Shown: in pieces, positions 8,213-19,126 of the stretch
How the letters are laid out: every line of letters starts with the position of its first letter
How positions within the stretch are numbered: position 1 is the first letter of the stretch
Assembly (NCBI GenBank): GCA_965226495.1
Contig: OZ245365.1
Coordinates: 1,824,001-1,888,000 of the forward strand
DNA: 64,000 nucleotides
Source: Candidatus Marinacidobacterales bacterium
GTDB lineage: Bacteria > Acidobacteriota > Vicinamibacteria > Marinacidobacterales > DATDRI01
Reading direction: 5' to 3'
Made by a program: the position numbers and the translations under genes
Notes under the pieces: generated by a model
What the model saw: the letters and a program-made list of their open reading frames with translations, nothing else
Databases searched by the model: none
What the model was told of the DNA's origin: nothing

Positions 8213-10581
8213 TGGCCAAGCACGTCGGTAAGCGGGTCAAGCGAGTAGAGGACCCTCGGTTCATCCAAGGCCAAGGGAATTACGTTGCGAATATCTCCCT
8301 GCCGAACATGGTTCATTTGGCCATCAAGCGAAGTCCCTACGGGCACGCGAAGATCAAGAAGATCAATATCAAGAAAGCTCAAGCGCTCGAAGGTGTGGTG
8401 GGAGTCTTCACCGGCCAGGATCTCATCGACGGTGGCTGCCACCCGTTGCCCTGCGGCTTCAACGTACCCGACATCAAGGTACCGGCTCACCATGCGCTGA
8501 GCGTCGACAAGGTCCGGCACGTCGGCGACGGCGTTGCGGTGGTGGCAGCGGAAGATCCGTACATCGCCAACGACGCACTAGATCTAATCAAGGTGGACTA
8601 CGAGCCCTTGCCGGCGGTGGTCGATGCGCGCGGAACGACCGAGAAGAACGCGCCGCAGCTTCACAAAGACGTACCCGATAACACCGCCTTCGAGTGGTCG
8701 CTAGGAGACAAAGAGGCTTGTGATGCGGCCTTTGCCGAAGCCGAACACGTTGTCGATTTGGATCTCGTCAATCAAAGGCTGATCCCCAACGCCGTGGAGC
8801 CTCGCGCCGCTGTGGCTCAGTGGAATGCCGGGACCGAGGAGATGACTCTTTGGCTCACCAGCCAGAATCCTCACTTGGTTCGCCTGTTGATGAGCGCCTT
8901 TACGATGGATATTCCCGAGCAGAAGCTCCGGGTGATCTCACCCGACGTGGGTGGCGGGTTCGGGAGCAAGATCCCGCACTACCCGGAGGACATCATAACC
9001 ACCTGGGTGGCGAGGAAACTGAACCGTCCCGCGAAGTGGGTTTGTACTCGTAGCGAGTCCTACGTGACCGATGCGCAAGGCCGCGATCACGTGACGTCCG
9101 CCAAGATGGCCCTCAAGAACGATGGAACCATCACCGGCATCCGGGTTTCGACGTGGGCGAACATGGGCGCTTACATGTCGACGCTCGGCTCGCTCATCCC
9201 CACCGCCCTTTACCTGCCGCTACTGTCCGGCATCTATAAAGTAAAGGGCCTCTTCGGTACGGTATGGGGGACGTATACCAACACCGTTCCTACCGACGCT
9301 TACCGGGGAGCGGGCCGGCCCGAGATGTCCTACCTGCTCGAGCGGTTGGTCGACGTGGCGGCGCGTGACCTGGGAATGGATCCCTTGGAGATCCGGCGCA
9401 AGAATCTAATCCCGTCGTCCGATCAACCCTACCAAACCCCCGTCGCCTTTCTTTACGACAGCGGCAACTACGAGAAGCTCCTCGATACCGCGGTGAAGCT
9501 TTCGGATTACCACGGACTGCGGAAGTCACAAGAAAAGGCACGCCGGGAAGGTCGGCTCGTTGGCGTCGGTCTGAGCAGCTGCATCGAAGCGAGCGGTCCT
9601 GCCCCTTCGGCAGTCGTTGGCTCGCTCGGACTGGCCGTGGGTCTTTGGGAATCTGGATCGATCCGCGTACACCCTACCGGCAAGGTCACCGTCTTCACCG
9701 GCTCACATGCCCACGGCCAGGGACATGAGACGACGTTCGCGCAGGTCGTCGCCGACCAGCTCGGAGTTGGCATGGAAGACGTCGAGGTCGTGCACGGCGA
9801 TACCGGACGCATATCGTTCGGCATGGGAACCTACGGGAGTCGGAGCGCGGCGGTGGGCGGTAGCGCTCTCGTGCGTAGTGCCGAAAAGATCCGGGCCAAA
9901 GTCATCAAGCTGACGGCTCATTTGCTCGAAGCGGCGGAGGAGGACATCGTCTACGACCAGGATTCAGGAAAGATCTATGTCAAGGGCTCGCCCGATAAAT
10001 CGAAGCAGTTCGGGGAGGTGGCGTTCGCCGCGTACACCGGTCACAGTCTTCCCGAAGGGATGGAGCCCGGTTTGGAGGAAACTTCCTTCTACGATCCTGC
10101 CAACTTCACGTTTCCCAACAGCGCGCACGTCGCGCAGATCGAGATCGACCCCGACACCGGTGAGGTCACGCTTCAAAAGTATTACGCGGTCGACGATGTG
10201 GGTAACGTCATCAATCCAACAATCGTCGAAGGGCAGATCGAGGGCGGTATCGTTCAAGGTGTGGGGCAAGCCTTGTGGGAGCATGCCATTTACGACGAAG
10301 AGGGTCAGCTTCTCACGGGCTCATTGATGGAGTACGCCGTGCCTCGCGCTGAGAGTTTTCCCAAGTTCGAGCTCGATCGGATCGTCACGCCGTCGCCACA
10401 CAACCCGCTCGGCGTCAAGGGAGTGGGGGAGATGGGCACGATTGCCGCGACCGTTACCATCGCGAACGCGGTGATGGACGCCTTGGCACCACTCGGAGTC
10501 AAGCACGTCGACATGCCGCTCACTCCGGAGCGAATCTGGCGAGCTATGGAATCGGCTCGGAAGTTACAGGAAACGGCATAG
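8212..10581 (+). CDS. coxL: Xanthine dehydrogenase-family molybdopterin subunit (form II CoxL-like)
   Basis: GGGFGSK, active-site AYRGAGR (form II), HGQGHETT and KGVGE motifs. Confidence 0.95.
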   Translation: MAKHVGKRVKRVEDPRFIQGQGNYVANISLPNMVHLAIKRSPYGHAKIKKINIKKAQALEGVVGVFTGQDLIDGGCHPLPCGFNVPDIKVPAHHALSVDKVRHVGDGVAVVAAEDPYIANDALDLIKVDYEPLPAVVDARGTTEKNAPQLHKDVPDNTAFEWSLGDKEACDAAFAEAEHVVDLDLVNQRLIPNAVEPRAAVAQWNAGTEEMTLWLTSQNPHLVRLLMSAFTMDIPEQKLRVISPDVGGGFGSKIPHYPEDIITTWVARKLNRPAKWVCTRSESYVTDAQGRDHVTSAKMALKNDGTITGIRVSTWANMGAYMSTLGSLIPTALYLPLLSGIYKVKGLFGTVWGTYTNTVPTDAYRGAGRPEMSYLLERLVDVAARDLGMDPLEIRRKNLIPSSDQPYQTPVAFLYDSGNYEKLLDTAVKLSDYHGLRKSQEKARREGRLVGVGLSSCIEASGPAPSAVVGSLGLAVGLWESGSIRVHPTGKVTVFTGSHAHGQGHETTFAQVVADQLGVGMEDVEVVHGDTGRISFGMGTYGSRSAAVGGSALVRSAEKIRAKVIKLTAHLLEAAEEDIVYDQDSGKIYVKGSPDKSKQFGEVAFAAYTGHSLPEGMEPGLEETSFYDPANFTFPNSAHVAQIEIDPDTGEVTLQKYYAVDDVGNVINPTIVEGQIEGGIVQGVGQALWEHAIYDEEGQLLTGSLMEYAVPRAESFPKFELDRIVTPSPHNPLGVKGVGEMGTIAATVTIANAVMDALAPLGVKHVDMPLTPERIWRAMESARKLQETA

Positions 10582-10609
10582 GCCTACGCCTTCGGAAGGG
10601 AGATAAGAG

Positions 10610-11482
10610 ATGTACGCCGCAAGTTTCGACTACTACCGTCCAAAGAACTTGAAGCAGGCCGTGCAGCTTCTGCGTAGACACAAAGATGCGAAGATCCTCG
10701 CGGGTGGACACAGCCTCCTCCCGGCGATGAAGCTTCGGGTAAGCTCACCGTCGGCTCTTATCGACATCGGACGCATCAAAGGACTGTCGGGGGTCAAGGC
10801 CTCGGCGCGCTCGGTGCAGCTTGGCGCCATGACGACTCATGCGACCATCGCCTCGTCGAAAGCCTTGAGGAAAGCGTGCCCGGTCCTCGCTGACGCCGCG
10901 GCCCAAATCGGGGATACTCAAGTCCGCAACCGGGGCACGATAGGTGGCAGCCTGGCGCACGCCGATCCCGCCGCGGATTTTCCAACCGTGCTCGTGGCCC
11001 TCGGCGGAAAACTCACCGCCACCGGTTCTCGAGGAAAGCGCCAGATTCCGGCCGAGAAATTCTTCAAAGACTTTTTCACAACCGCTCTCAGGCCGTCGGA
11101 GGTCTTAACCAGTGTTCAAGTTCCGGCAATGAAGTCGGGGATGGCGGGCGTCTACCTGAAGCACCGACATCCTGCCTCCAGCTACGCGGTGATCGGCGTC
11201 GCAGCCGTTGTGACGATGAAGAAGGGCGTGTGCTCCAAAGTGAGGCTCGTCGTTGGGGGTGCGACCCCGAATCCGGTCGTCGTTTCGGCGGTGGAGAAGA
11301 TCTTGGTCGGCGAGGCGCCGAGCGCCAAGGTCATCGCTCAGGCGGCGGCCACGGTTGCAGATGCGATAGGGGAGCCGCTCAGCGACTCATACGCCTCGGG
11401 GGAGTATCGTGCTCACCTGGCGACAGTGATAACTGAGCGAGCGCTTAGCGCGGCAGCGGCCAAGGCGAAACGCAAGAAATAG
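10610..11482 (+). CDS. coxM: FAD-binding medium subunit
   Basis: AGGHSLLP.MK.R and QVRNRGTIGGS.AHADPAAD motifs. Confidence 0.95.
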   Translation: MYAASFDYYRPKNLKQAVQLLRRHKDAKILAGGHSLLPAMKLRVSSPSALIDIGRIKGLSGVKASARSVQLGAMTTHATIASSKALRKACPVLADAAAQIGDTQVRNRGTIGGSLAHADPAADFPTVLVALGGKLTATGSRGKRQIPAEKFFKDFFTTALRPSEVLTSVQVPAMKSGMAGVYLKHRHPASSYAVIGVAAVVTMKKGVCSKVRLVVGGATPNPVVVSAVEKILVGEAPSAKVIAQAAATVADAIGEPLSDSYASGEYRAHLATVITERALSAAAAKAKRKK

Positions 11483-11585
11483 AAAAGCCAATCGACCTGC
11501 GCCTCAGGTCCACTCCTCGCTTTGATTTGTCTACCGGGGAACGTCTATTCTGGAACGAACAATTAGGGCAAGGAAGACGACGAAC

Positions 11586-12473
11586 TTGAACATTCAGTCC
11601 ATCGACGATCTTCAGGCCGGCCTCCGTGAGCACCTCTATGTAGCCGATCGGGGCTTGGCGACCGCGATCTACCTGTCCCTAAAGCTCGGGCGGCCGCTGT
11701 TTCTGGAAGGTGAGGCGGGCGTCGGAAAGACCGAGGTGGCCAAGGTCATGGCTCGGCTTCTCGACACCGAGCTCATTCGGCTTCAGTGCTACGAGGGTTT
11801 GGACGTGCATCATGCCATCTATGAGTGGAACTACTCGCGGCAGATGATGCACATCCGACTAGCAGAGTCCCGCAAGGAAAAGCCCGACGAGGCAGAGCTC
11901 TTCGGTCCCGAGTTTCTGTTGAAGAGACCGCTGCTGCAGGCCATCGACCATTCGCAAAACAAAGCTCCGGTGCTGCTCGTCGACGAGGTCGATCGTAGCG
12001 ACGAGGAGTTCGAAGCCTACCTGCTCGAAATCCTATCTGATTACCAGATCACCATCCCCGAGATCGGGACCATCACCGCGACTCATCGTCCGGTGGTCAC
12101 GGTCACGTCCAACCGCACGAGGGAGGTCCACGACGCGCTCAAGCGCCGCTGTTTCTATTTTTGGATCGATTACCCGTCGTTCGAAAAAGAGCTCGCTATC
12201 GTGCGTACCAAGCTACCCGATGCCCCGGGCCAACTCGCTCGGCAAGTCACCCACTTCATTCAAGAGGTGCGTCGTGTCGATCTCTACAAGTTCCCGGGCG
12301 TGGCCGAGACCCTCGATTGGACCGAGGCGCTGATAGCGCTCGACCAGAAGGCCCTCGCCGAAAGTGTCGTGGAGGAAACCCTGGGCGTCATACTCAAGTA
12401 CCAGGATGACGTAGAGAAGATCAGCGGTGAGAACGCGCGCGCGATTTTGGAGCGCGTCCGGGCTACCGGCTAG
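11586..12473 (+). CDS. coxD: MoxR-type AAA+ ATPase (CoxD-like)
   Basis: GEAGVGKT, RLQCYEG, LVDEVD and SNRTREVHDALKRRC motifs. Confidence 0.9.
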   Translation: MNIQSIDDLQAGLREHLYVADRGLATAIYLSLKLGRPLFLEGEAGVGKTEVAKVMARLLDTELIRLQCYEGLDVHHAIYEWNYSRQMMHIRLAESRKEKPDEAELFGPEFLLKRPLLQAIDHSQNKAPVLLVDEVDRSDEEFEAYLLEILSDYQITIPEIGTITATHRPVVTVTSNRTREVHDALKRRCFYFWIDYPSFEKELAIVRTKLPDAPGQLARQVTHFIQEVRRVDLYKFPGVAETLDWTEALIALDQKALAESVVEETLGVILKYQDDVEKISGENARAILERVRATG

Positions 12474-12495
12474 CGCTCGCCGAGGTTCATCGCCT

Positions 12496-13719
12496 GTGCC
12501 ATCAATTTCGCCATTAATTCCAGACCCGCCTCAGGCAAGCAACTTCTTTCACAATCTGATTTTGTTCGGTCGCTTGTTGCGCGGACTCGGCCTGGACGTC
12601 AATCCGGGACGGATGATGGATCTCGTGCACGCTCTAGGACACATCGACATAGCAAGGCGTGACGATTTTTATCACGCGGCGCAAAGCCTCCTGGTTCACC
12701 GACGAGAGGACCTGAAACTCTTCGACGAGGCCTTCGAGATGTTTTGGCAAAAGTCGGTGGACGAGTGGAAGACGGTGGAGTTGAGTCTTGGCGTAAAGAA
12801 GACGCGTCGCCGCCCGCTCGTCGCTTCGCGGCCTCTACACAAGGCAGACCAAGACGAGGGCAAAGAAGCGGCGGACGATGCACCACCGGTTGTCGAGACC
12901 ACGCGCACCTACGGTGCGCAGGAGGTCTTGAGGCAAAGAGACTTCGCAGATCTATCCGGCGAGGAGTTGGAAAACATCAAGCGCCTCATGTCCGAGCTCA
13001 TCTGGCAACTGGGAGAGCGACGCACTCGACGGCAAAGACCAGGGCATGGGAGTCGACTCGATTTGAGGCGTACGATCCGGCAAAGTCTTAAGCGGGGGGG
13101 AGAGATCGTCGAGTGGGCTCGTCGGGAGCCTCGATTAAAACCGCGTCCTCTGGTAGTCTTGGCGGACATCAGTGGCTCGATGGAGCGCTACACGCGTTTG
13201 CTGCTGCACTTCATCTACAGCCTCACGCGAGGACTGGATCAGAGGGTGGAGGCATTCCTTTTCGGTACTCGACTTACGTGTATCAGCCGGGAGATGAGGA
13301 AACGAGAAGTCGAACGTGCACTTACTGAGGTCTCGCGGTCGGTCCGTGATTGGTCGGGTGGCACCAGAATCGGGCAAGCGATCAAGGATTTTAATTTCAC
13401 CTGGGCGCGGCGAGTCTTGGGGAGCGGAGCCGTCGTTCTCCTCATCAGTGACGGGTGGGATCGGGGCGATCCGGAGCTACTCAAGAGAGAAATGGGCAGG
13501 CTTTCGCGAAGTTGCTACCGATTAGTCTGGCTCAACCCGTTGCTGGGCTCGCCAGAGTACGAGCCGTTGACTCGGGGCATGCAGGCGGCCCTACCTTATG
13601 TAGATGACTTTCTGCCGGTGCACAACCTGGCCAGTTTGGAAGAGCTTGCATTGCATCTCGCGAACCTAGATCGGAGGAAGGCTCCGAGACGTCGTTCGCT
13701 TGGGAGAAAGGCAGGCTGA
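12496..13719 (+). CDS. coxE: VWA-domain protein (CoxE-like)
   Basis: MIDAS DISGSM, WSGGTRIG, ISDGWD and WLNPL motifs; start GTG 12496 inferred. Confidence 0.9.
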   Translation: MPSISPLIPDPPQASNFFHNLILFGRLLRGLGLDVNPGRMMDLVHALGHIDIARRDDFYHAAQSLLVHRREDLKLFDEAFEMFWQKSVDEWKTVELSLGVKKTRRRPLVASRPLHKADQDEGKEAADDAPPVVETTRTYGAQEVLRQRDFADLSGEELENIKRLMSELIWQLGERRTRRQRPGHGSRLDLRRTIRQSLKRGGEIVEWARREPRLKPRPLVVLADISGSMERYTRLLLHFIYSLTRGLDQRVEAFLFGTRLTCISREMRKREVERALTEVSRSVRDWSGGTRIGQAIKDFNFTWARRVLGSGAVVLLISDGWDRGDPELLKREMGRLSRSCYRLVWLNPLLGSPEYEPLTRGMQAALPYVDDFLPVHNLASLEELALHLANLDRRKAPRRRSLGRKAG

Positions 13720-13724
13720 GCCAA

Positions 13725-14750
13725 ATGTTCGACGTTCTAGAAGATATCGAGCGCTGGAGGGCCGAGGGGCAGCCGGTGGCGCTGGCCACGGTGATCGAGA
13801 CCTGGGGATCCGCGCCGCGCGGGGTGGGAGCCAAAATGGCGATGACCGCGGACGCCCGCATTGCGGGCTCGGTAAGCGGTGGGTGCGTCGAGGCGGCGGT
13901 GGTCGAGGCGGGTTCGGAAGTATTGAAGAGCGGCGCACCGCGCCTACTGCACTTCGGCGTCAGCGATGAGACGGCTTGGGAAGTTGGCTTGGCGTGCGGG
14001 GGCAAGATCGAAGTCTTCGTGGCGGTTCTTGATCACGAAGCGCACCAGCGGGTCAAGGAGTCGCTCGAGGAGGATCGCGCCATCGCGTCCATCACCATCG
14101 TAGGCGGAGCTTCGACTGGTCACTCGATCCTGCTCGAAGAGGACAGGACGGTCGTCGGAGCTCCTGCAGATGTGATCGATGAGACGGTGATCGGAGAGGC
14201 CGAGACCGCGCTTTCCGAGGGCGTTCCACGTCGGTTCCGGCAGGGGGACACCGAGATCTTCATCGATGTCGTTCTGCCCCCGCCCACCATGGTCGCGGTC
14301 GGGGGAGTCCATATCGCCATCGCCCTGACTTCTCTCGCCAAGACGCTTGGTTATCGTACGGTGGTCGTCGACCCGCGTGAAGTCTTCGGCAGCGGCGAAA
14401 GATTTCCGCACGCTGATCGCCTCATCTCAGAATGGCCATCGGAAGCGCTGGAAGAGATCGGAGTGAATCGCTCGACCGCGGTGGCCACACTGACTCACGA
14501 TCCGAAGCTGGACGATCCGGCGCTGCAGACCGCGCTGCGAAGCAGAGCCTTCTACGTCGGAGCGCTCGGAAGTCGAAAGACGCAGGAGAAACGCCGCAAA
14601 CGATTAGCTGCGGCCGGACTGTCCGCATCCGAGATCGGTCGTTTGTGGGCACCCATCGGTCTCGACATAGGGTCCAGAACACCCGAGGAGATTGCCCTGG
14701 CAGTGATGGCACAGGTCGTCGCGGCGCGAAACGGCAAGCTCCCCATCTGA
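13725..14750 (+). CDS. xdhC: XdhC/CoxF molybdenum cofactor insertion chaperone
   Basis: GSAPR..GA, GSVSGGCVE, GLACGG, THDPKLD and PIGLDIG..TPEEIA motifs. Confidence 0.92.
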   Translation: MFDVLEDIERWRAEGQPVALATVIETWGSAPRGVGAKMAMTADARIAGSVSGGCVEAAVVEAGSEVLKSGAPRLLHFGVSDETAWEVGLACGGKIEVFVAVLDHEAHQRVKESLEEDRAIASITIVGGASTGHSILLEEDRTVVGAPADVIDETVIGEAETALSEGVPRRFRQGDTEIFIDVVLPPPTMVAVGGVHIAIALTSLAKTLGYRTVVVDPREVFGSGERFPHADRLISEWPSEALEEIGVNRSTAVATLTHDPKLDDPALQTALRSRAFYVGALGSRKTQEKRRKRLAAAGLSASEIGRLWAPIGLDIGSRTPEEIALAVMAQVVAARNGKLPI

Positions 14751-14775
14751 GAACGATGAGAATGTTCTCCTCTTC

Positions 14776-15459
14776 ATGAAGACCGATCTTCCGGCGCTGG
14801 TCTTTCAAGACGTCTCGAAAACCTACCAGCAAGCGAGCGGTACGGTTCTTCACGCGCTTCAGCATGTTTCCATTCAGGTGCCGGCCGGGAAGAAGGTCGC
14901 GATCATCGGCCGTAGTGGCAGCGGAAAGTCGACGTTGCTTCATCTGGCGGCGGGTATCGATGTGCCAACCGCAGGTGCGGTGATGTTCCTCGGGCGTAAC
15001 TTGGCCGACCTATCGGATCGCGAGCGGACACTTACTAGGCGGGAAAATGTCGGACTCGTTTTTCAGTTCTTTCATCTCCTTCCGCATCTCACCGTCTGGG
15101 AGAACGTCGTGTTGCCAGGTTGGATCGCCGCCGACTCTCCGAGTGAGAACGACGCTCGGGCCCGAGACCTTCTAGGGCGTGTCAACCTGCTCGATCGAGC
15201 CGGAGATCCCGCTCAGAAGCTGAGCGGAGGAGAGATGCAGAGGGTGGCCATTTGCAGGGCTTTGCTCCGTCGCCCGCGACTCCTGCTCGCCGACGAGCCC
15301 ACGGGAAATTTGGACGATGAGAACTCCTTCAAGGTCATGGAGCTTCTGGTGCGGCTGGTGGAAGAAGAGAAGAGCACCTTGCTCTACGTCACTCACAGCC
15401 TGGAGCTCGCCGCTCTGGCTGACGAGACCTGGCGTCTCCACAGCGGCATTCTCGAGTGA
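14776..15459 (+). CDS. ABC transporter ATP-binding protein (LolD/MacB-like)
   Basis: GRSGSGKS, LSGGE, LLADEPTGNLD and VTH motifs. Confidence 0.95.
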   Translation: MKTDLPALVFQDVSKTYQQASGTVLHALQHVSIQVPAGKKVAIIGRSGSGKSTLLHLAAGIDVPTAGAVMFLGRNLADLSDRERTLTRRENVGLVFQFFHLLPHLTVWENVVLPGWIAADSPSENDARARDLLGRVNLLDRAGDPAQKLSGGEMQRVAICRALLRRPRLLLADEPTGNLDDENSFKVMELLVRLVEEEKSTLLYVTHSLELAALADETWRLHSGILE

Positions 15460-17987
15460 TCCGCTACTTCCTTCGGGACCTGCTTGCACAATTCCGCAGC
15501 GGGCGGAGCCTCTTCCTGTTGAGTCTCCTCGGCGTCGCGCTGGGCGTCGCCTCCGTTCTGTCCATACAGATCATCAACCTCAATGCTCTGGGGACCTTCC
15601 AGGGAAGCGTGCGGGCGATCAGTGGAGAGGCGGATCTCAGCATCGTGGGTCGCACGCCGTCGCTTTCCGAAGAGATCTTCCCTGAGGTCCTGTCCACCGA
15701 GGGTGTGACCGCCGCCTGGCCTCTTTTTCGTTTGGAGGTGGCGCTCGCCGAAGAAGAAGAAGTCTTGCTCGATGTGCTCGGCTTCGATCTTTTCGCACCT
15801 TTGAAATTGCCTTGGAAGTCTCCGCCCGCCGAGCTTTCGGCGACCTTGGGCGAGAGCGGTTGGATCGCGGTGTCTCCCGGTTTCGCAGGAGAAAGAGGTT
15901 GGGACGTCGGCGATCGCTTCGAGGTCTTCAGTGGATCCCGCCGAGTCGAGCTCCGTGTCGGAGCCCTAGTGGACTTCAAGAAGGCCACCCCACTGGCGAG
16001 CCGGAAGCTGGCGGTGATGGACATCGCGCAGGCGCAGAGTCTTTTCGGCAACGTCGGGGAGATTCACCAGATCGATCTGAAAGTCGAAGAAGAGCCCGAG
16101 CGCGTCGCGTCGGTGCTTCAAGAGAGACTAGGCCCGTCGGTACGTGTTCTCACGTCCGGGCAACGGGAGAACCAGGCGACGAACTTGCTGAGCGCGTTTC
16201 GGCTCAATCTCACCGCCCTGAGTCTGATCAGCCTGTTAGTTGGCGCTTTTCTCGTCTTTTCGAGTACGCAGGCGTCGCTCGTCCGACGGCGGGTGGGGTT
16301 CGGACTTCTCCGGTCGCTCGGCGCGACGCGTGGCCAGCTCTTGGGGCTGATTCTCGCGGAAACAGGGTTCCTCGCCTTGCTCGGGGTGGCGCTCGGGATC
16401 CCGTTGGGTTACGCCGCAGCCGTCACCTATGTCGACCAAGTGAGCGCCACCCTGACCAACGTCTATCTTCTCGAGGAGATCGAGTCGCTGGTAATCCCGG
16501 CCTGGCTATTTCCGTTAGCCACTCTAGTGGGTCTGTCGGGAGCGTTCCTCGGTGCGATCTTTCCAGCCATGGACGTTAGCCGCAAAGATACGCGGGCTCT
16601 CTTGGCGGCGTTCACGCTTCACGAAAGGATTGGCGCCGCCGCACTCCCGCTCTTCTTTGCCGGTCTGATGCTTCTCGCCGGAGCCGGAGCGATCTATGGG
16701 CTGGCTGGAGAAGGGTGGCGACCGGGCGGTTTCGTCTTGGCGCTGGGTCTCGTTCTATCCATTCCATTGATCGCACCTTTACTGGTGCAGCAGGGTGCCC
16801 GCCACACTCGAGGTCGAGGCTTTGGTTTTGCGTTTGGGTTGAGAGGGCTGGGGCAGCAGCTGCAGACGACGCCCTTCGCTATTGCGGCGGTCGCGGTGGC
16901 GGTGTGCATGATGGTCGGCGTCACCGTGATGGTCGGAAGCTTTCGACAAACGCTCGAGATCATGGTTGATTCCACGGTACGTGCGGATATCTACATCACG
17001 AGCAAATCTTGGACGCGCGGCCGCACCGAGGCGACGCTCGATCCGCAACTCGTATCGGATTTGGCCTCGCACCCAGGTGTTCGGGCTATCGATCGCCTCC
17101 GGCAGCTTTTCGTCTATCCCCTCGGCTATCTCGATGACCACCGCATCTCCCTCGCCGGCGTCGACATGGGGCTCGAGCTCAGCGAGGCGCGTTTCTCTCT
17201 ACTCGAAGGTGAGTCCGAACAGGCGCTCCGCGAAGTTCGCGAAGAGGGAGCGGTGATCATCAGCGAACCCTTGTCACGGAAATTCGGACTCGCTACCGGC
17301 GACCGTTTGGCACTCTACACACAGAGTGATGAGGTCGAGTTTCCCATTTCCGCGGTCTACTACGATTTCAGCACCGAAGGCGGCTCCGCGTTTATGGATC
17401 TCTCGACGATGGAAGAGCACTTCGGTCCGGGGGAAGTCAGCAACTTGGCTCTCTATCTCGCTCCCGGAATCGACACCGAGCGGGCGGTTGATGAGTTGAT
17501 GACTCGCTTCTCCGATCGACCGCTCGAGATCCGGAGCAATCGGCTCCTTCGCGAAGAGGTGTTCAGCATTTTCGACCAAACCTTCGCGGTGACACAGTTA
17601 CTCCAGGCAATGAGCCTTTTGATTGCGGTTTGCGGTATCACGCTGACCCTTCTGGTTATGGCCCGAGAACGTGTTTCAGAGCTAGCGCTCTATCGTGCGC
17701 TCGGCGCGGAGCGGCAGCAGATCTTTCGGACTTACCTTGGAAAAGGAATGGGGATGGCGGCCTATGGTTTGGGTCTGGGCGGAGCGGGGGGCGTCATGCT
17801 AGCGTTCATCCTGATCTTCATTATTAACCGCACCTACTTTGGCTGGACCATTGCACTTCATTGGCCATGGGCAAGTTTGGCGATCGAGGCAGCGGTCATT
17901 CTCATCGCGGCGGCCGCGGCCAGTATCTATCCCGCCTGGCGGGCGGCGCGAACTCCGGCCACCGAGCTGAGAAGAGAGGACATTTGA
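15456..17987 (+). CDS. FtsX-like duplicated ABC permease
   Basis: Two MacB_PCD+FtsX halves (LRSLGAT, YRALGA); overlaps the ATPase stop (GTGA). Confidence 0.9.
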   Translation: MIRYFLRDLLAQFRSGRSLFLLSLLGVALGVASVLSIQIINLNALGTFQGSVRAISGEADLSIVGRTPSLSEEIFPEVLSTEGVTAAWPLFRLEVALAEEEEVLLDVLGFDLFAPLKLPWKSPPAELSATLGESGWIAVSPGFAGERGWDVGDRFEVFSGSRRVELRVGALVDFKKATPLASRKLAVMDIAQAQSLFGNVGEIHQIDLKVEEEPERVASVLQERLGPSVRVLTSGQRENQATNLLSAFRLNLTALSLISLLVGAFLVFSSTQASLVRRRVGFGLLRSLGATRGQLLGLILAETGFLALLGVALGIPLGYAAAVTYVDQVSATLTNVYLLEEIESLVIPAWLFPLATLVGLSGAFLGAIFPAMDVSRKDTRALLAAFTLHERIGAAALPLFFAGLMLLAGAGAIYGLAGEGWRPGGFVLALGLVLSIPLIAPLLVQQGARHTRGRGFGFAFGLRGLGQQLQTTPFAIAAVAVAVCMMVGVTVMVGSFRQTLEIMVDSTVRADIYITSKSWTRGRTEATLDPQLVSDLASHPGVRAIDRLRQLFVYPLGYLDDHRISLAGVDMGLELSEARFSLLEGESEQALREVREEGAVIISEPLSRKFGLATGDRLALYTQSDEVEFPISAVYYDFSTEGGSAFMDLSTMEEHFGPGEVSNLALYLAPGIDTERAVDELMTRFSDRPLEIRSNRLLREEVFSIFDQTFAVTQLLQAMSLLIAVCGITLTLLVMARERVSELALYRALGAERQQIFRTYLGKGMGMAAYGLGLGGAGGVMLAFILIFIINRTYFGWTIALHWPWASLAIEAAVILIAAAAASIYPAWRAARTPATELRREDI

Positions 17988-19126
17988 GAGCTACCCTGTC
18001 TTTCTTGCTTCTGTCGATCACGGCGACTCTGCTGTTCGCGAGTGACTGGAAGTTGGCTGAGCCCGACTACCCATGGTCTTTTCCGCGGGACCACTGGTCC
18101 CATCGGGAATACCGTACCGAATGGTGGTACTTCACGGGGCACCTCGTCACGACGTCCGAGCCGGCACGCCGTTTCGGCTATCAGTTCACTTTGTTTCGAA
18201 TCGGTCTACTGACCGAGCGGCCACCCTTCGATTCGAACTGGGCCACCGACAGTCTCATCATGGGACACGCGGCGGTCACCGATACGGACCAGGAAGAGCA
18301 TCGCTTCAGCGAGCTCCTTTATCGCGAGATTCCTCTCCTTGGTGAGTTTCGAGGGTTCCCCGACCCACTCGTGGCTTGGGTGCGAGGCCCGGTGGGCTCT
18401 GCCGACAGATGGACGCTTCGGTGGAACGGGCGGTCATTCGATTTTGCGATGGCCGACGATGCAAAGGGGTTCGCGTTCGACTTGCGCACGGAACCCACGA
18501 AGCCATTGGTGCTGCAGGGGCCGAACGGTTTGAGTCGCAAGGGAAGTGAGCCCGGTGCCGCGAGTCTCTACTACAGCTTCACCCGATTGGCGACGGAAGG
18601 GACGCTCCGCCTCGACGGCGAGACTCTGGAAGTTCGCGGAGAGAGCTGGATGGACAAGGAGTTTTCTTCGTCGCAGCTCACTGAAAGTCAGGTTGGTTGG
18701 GACTGGTTTAGTCTTCAGCTCACAGACGGCCGGGAGCTCATGCTCTACGTGCTTCGGCGCAAAGACGGATCTTCAGATTTCCGACATGCCACGCTGGTTA
18801 GTAAGGAAGGAGAAGCCCGATACCTCGATCCCGAGGAGTGGAGCGTCCGGGCATTGGATTCTTGGGAGAGTGAGGATACGGGAGCTGGCTATCCCAGTCG
18901 CTGGTCTATAGAAGTCTCTGGCGAAGTCCGCGGCCAAGTCCGCGGCGAGGCGCTCGTGCTCGACGTGAAACCGGTTGTGCCCAATCAGGAGAACCGGAGC
19001 GGACTGCCGGGCGGAGTCTACTACTGGGAGGGCGCGGTCACCATTCTTGGCCCCGCGGGAGAAGAGCTAGGGCAGGGCTACGTGGAGCTCACCGGATACG
19101 GTGAAGACAACAAACCTCCTGTTTAG
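17984..19126 (+). CDS. AttH/CrtC-like lipocalin-fold secreted protein
   Basis: FPRDH..H..YRTEWWYFTG, SWMDKEF, GWDWFSLQ, YWEGAV and GYVELTGY motifs; TTG start overlaps the upstream TGA. Confidence 0.88.
   Translation: MRATLSFLLLSITATLLFASDWKLAEPDYPWSFPRDHWSHREYRTEWWYFTGHLVTTSEPARRFGYQFTLFRIGLLTERPPFDSNWATDSLIMGHAAVTDTDQEEHRFSELLYREIPLLGEFRGFPDPLVAWVRGPVGSADRWTLRWNGRSFDFAMADDAKGFAFDLRTEPTKPLVLQGPNGLSRKGSEPGAASLYYSFTRLATEGTLRLDGETLEVRGESWMDKEFSSSQLTESQVGWDWFSLQLTDGRELMLYVLRRKDGSSDFRHATLVSKEGEARYLDPEEWSVRALDSWESEDTGAGYPSRWSIEVSGEVRGQVRGEALVLDVKPVVPNQENRSGLPGGVYYWEGAVTILGPAGEELGQGYVELTGYGEDNKPPV

Noticed and set aside
8212-10581. Aerobic CO dehydrogenase (form I)
   Set aside because: The active-site motif is AYRGAGR, not AYXCSFR, and the gene order is S-L-M.
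18923-18946. 12-nt tandem repeat in the AttH-like gene (EVRG-QVRG)
   Set aside because: It is in frame with only two copies, so no functional consequence is evident.
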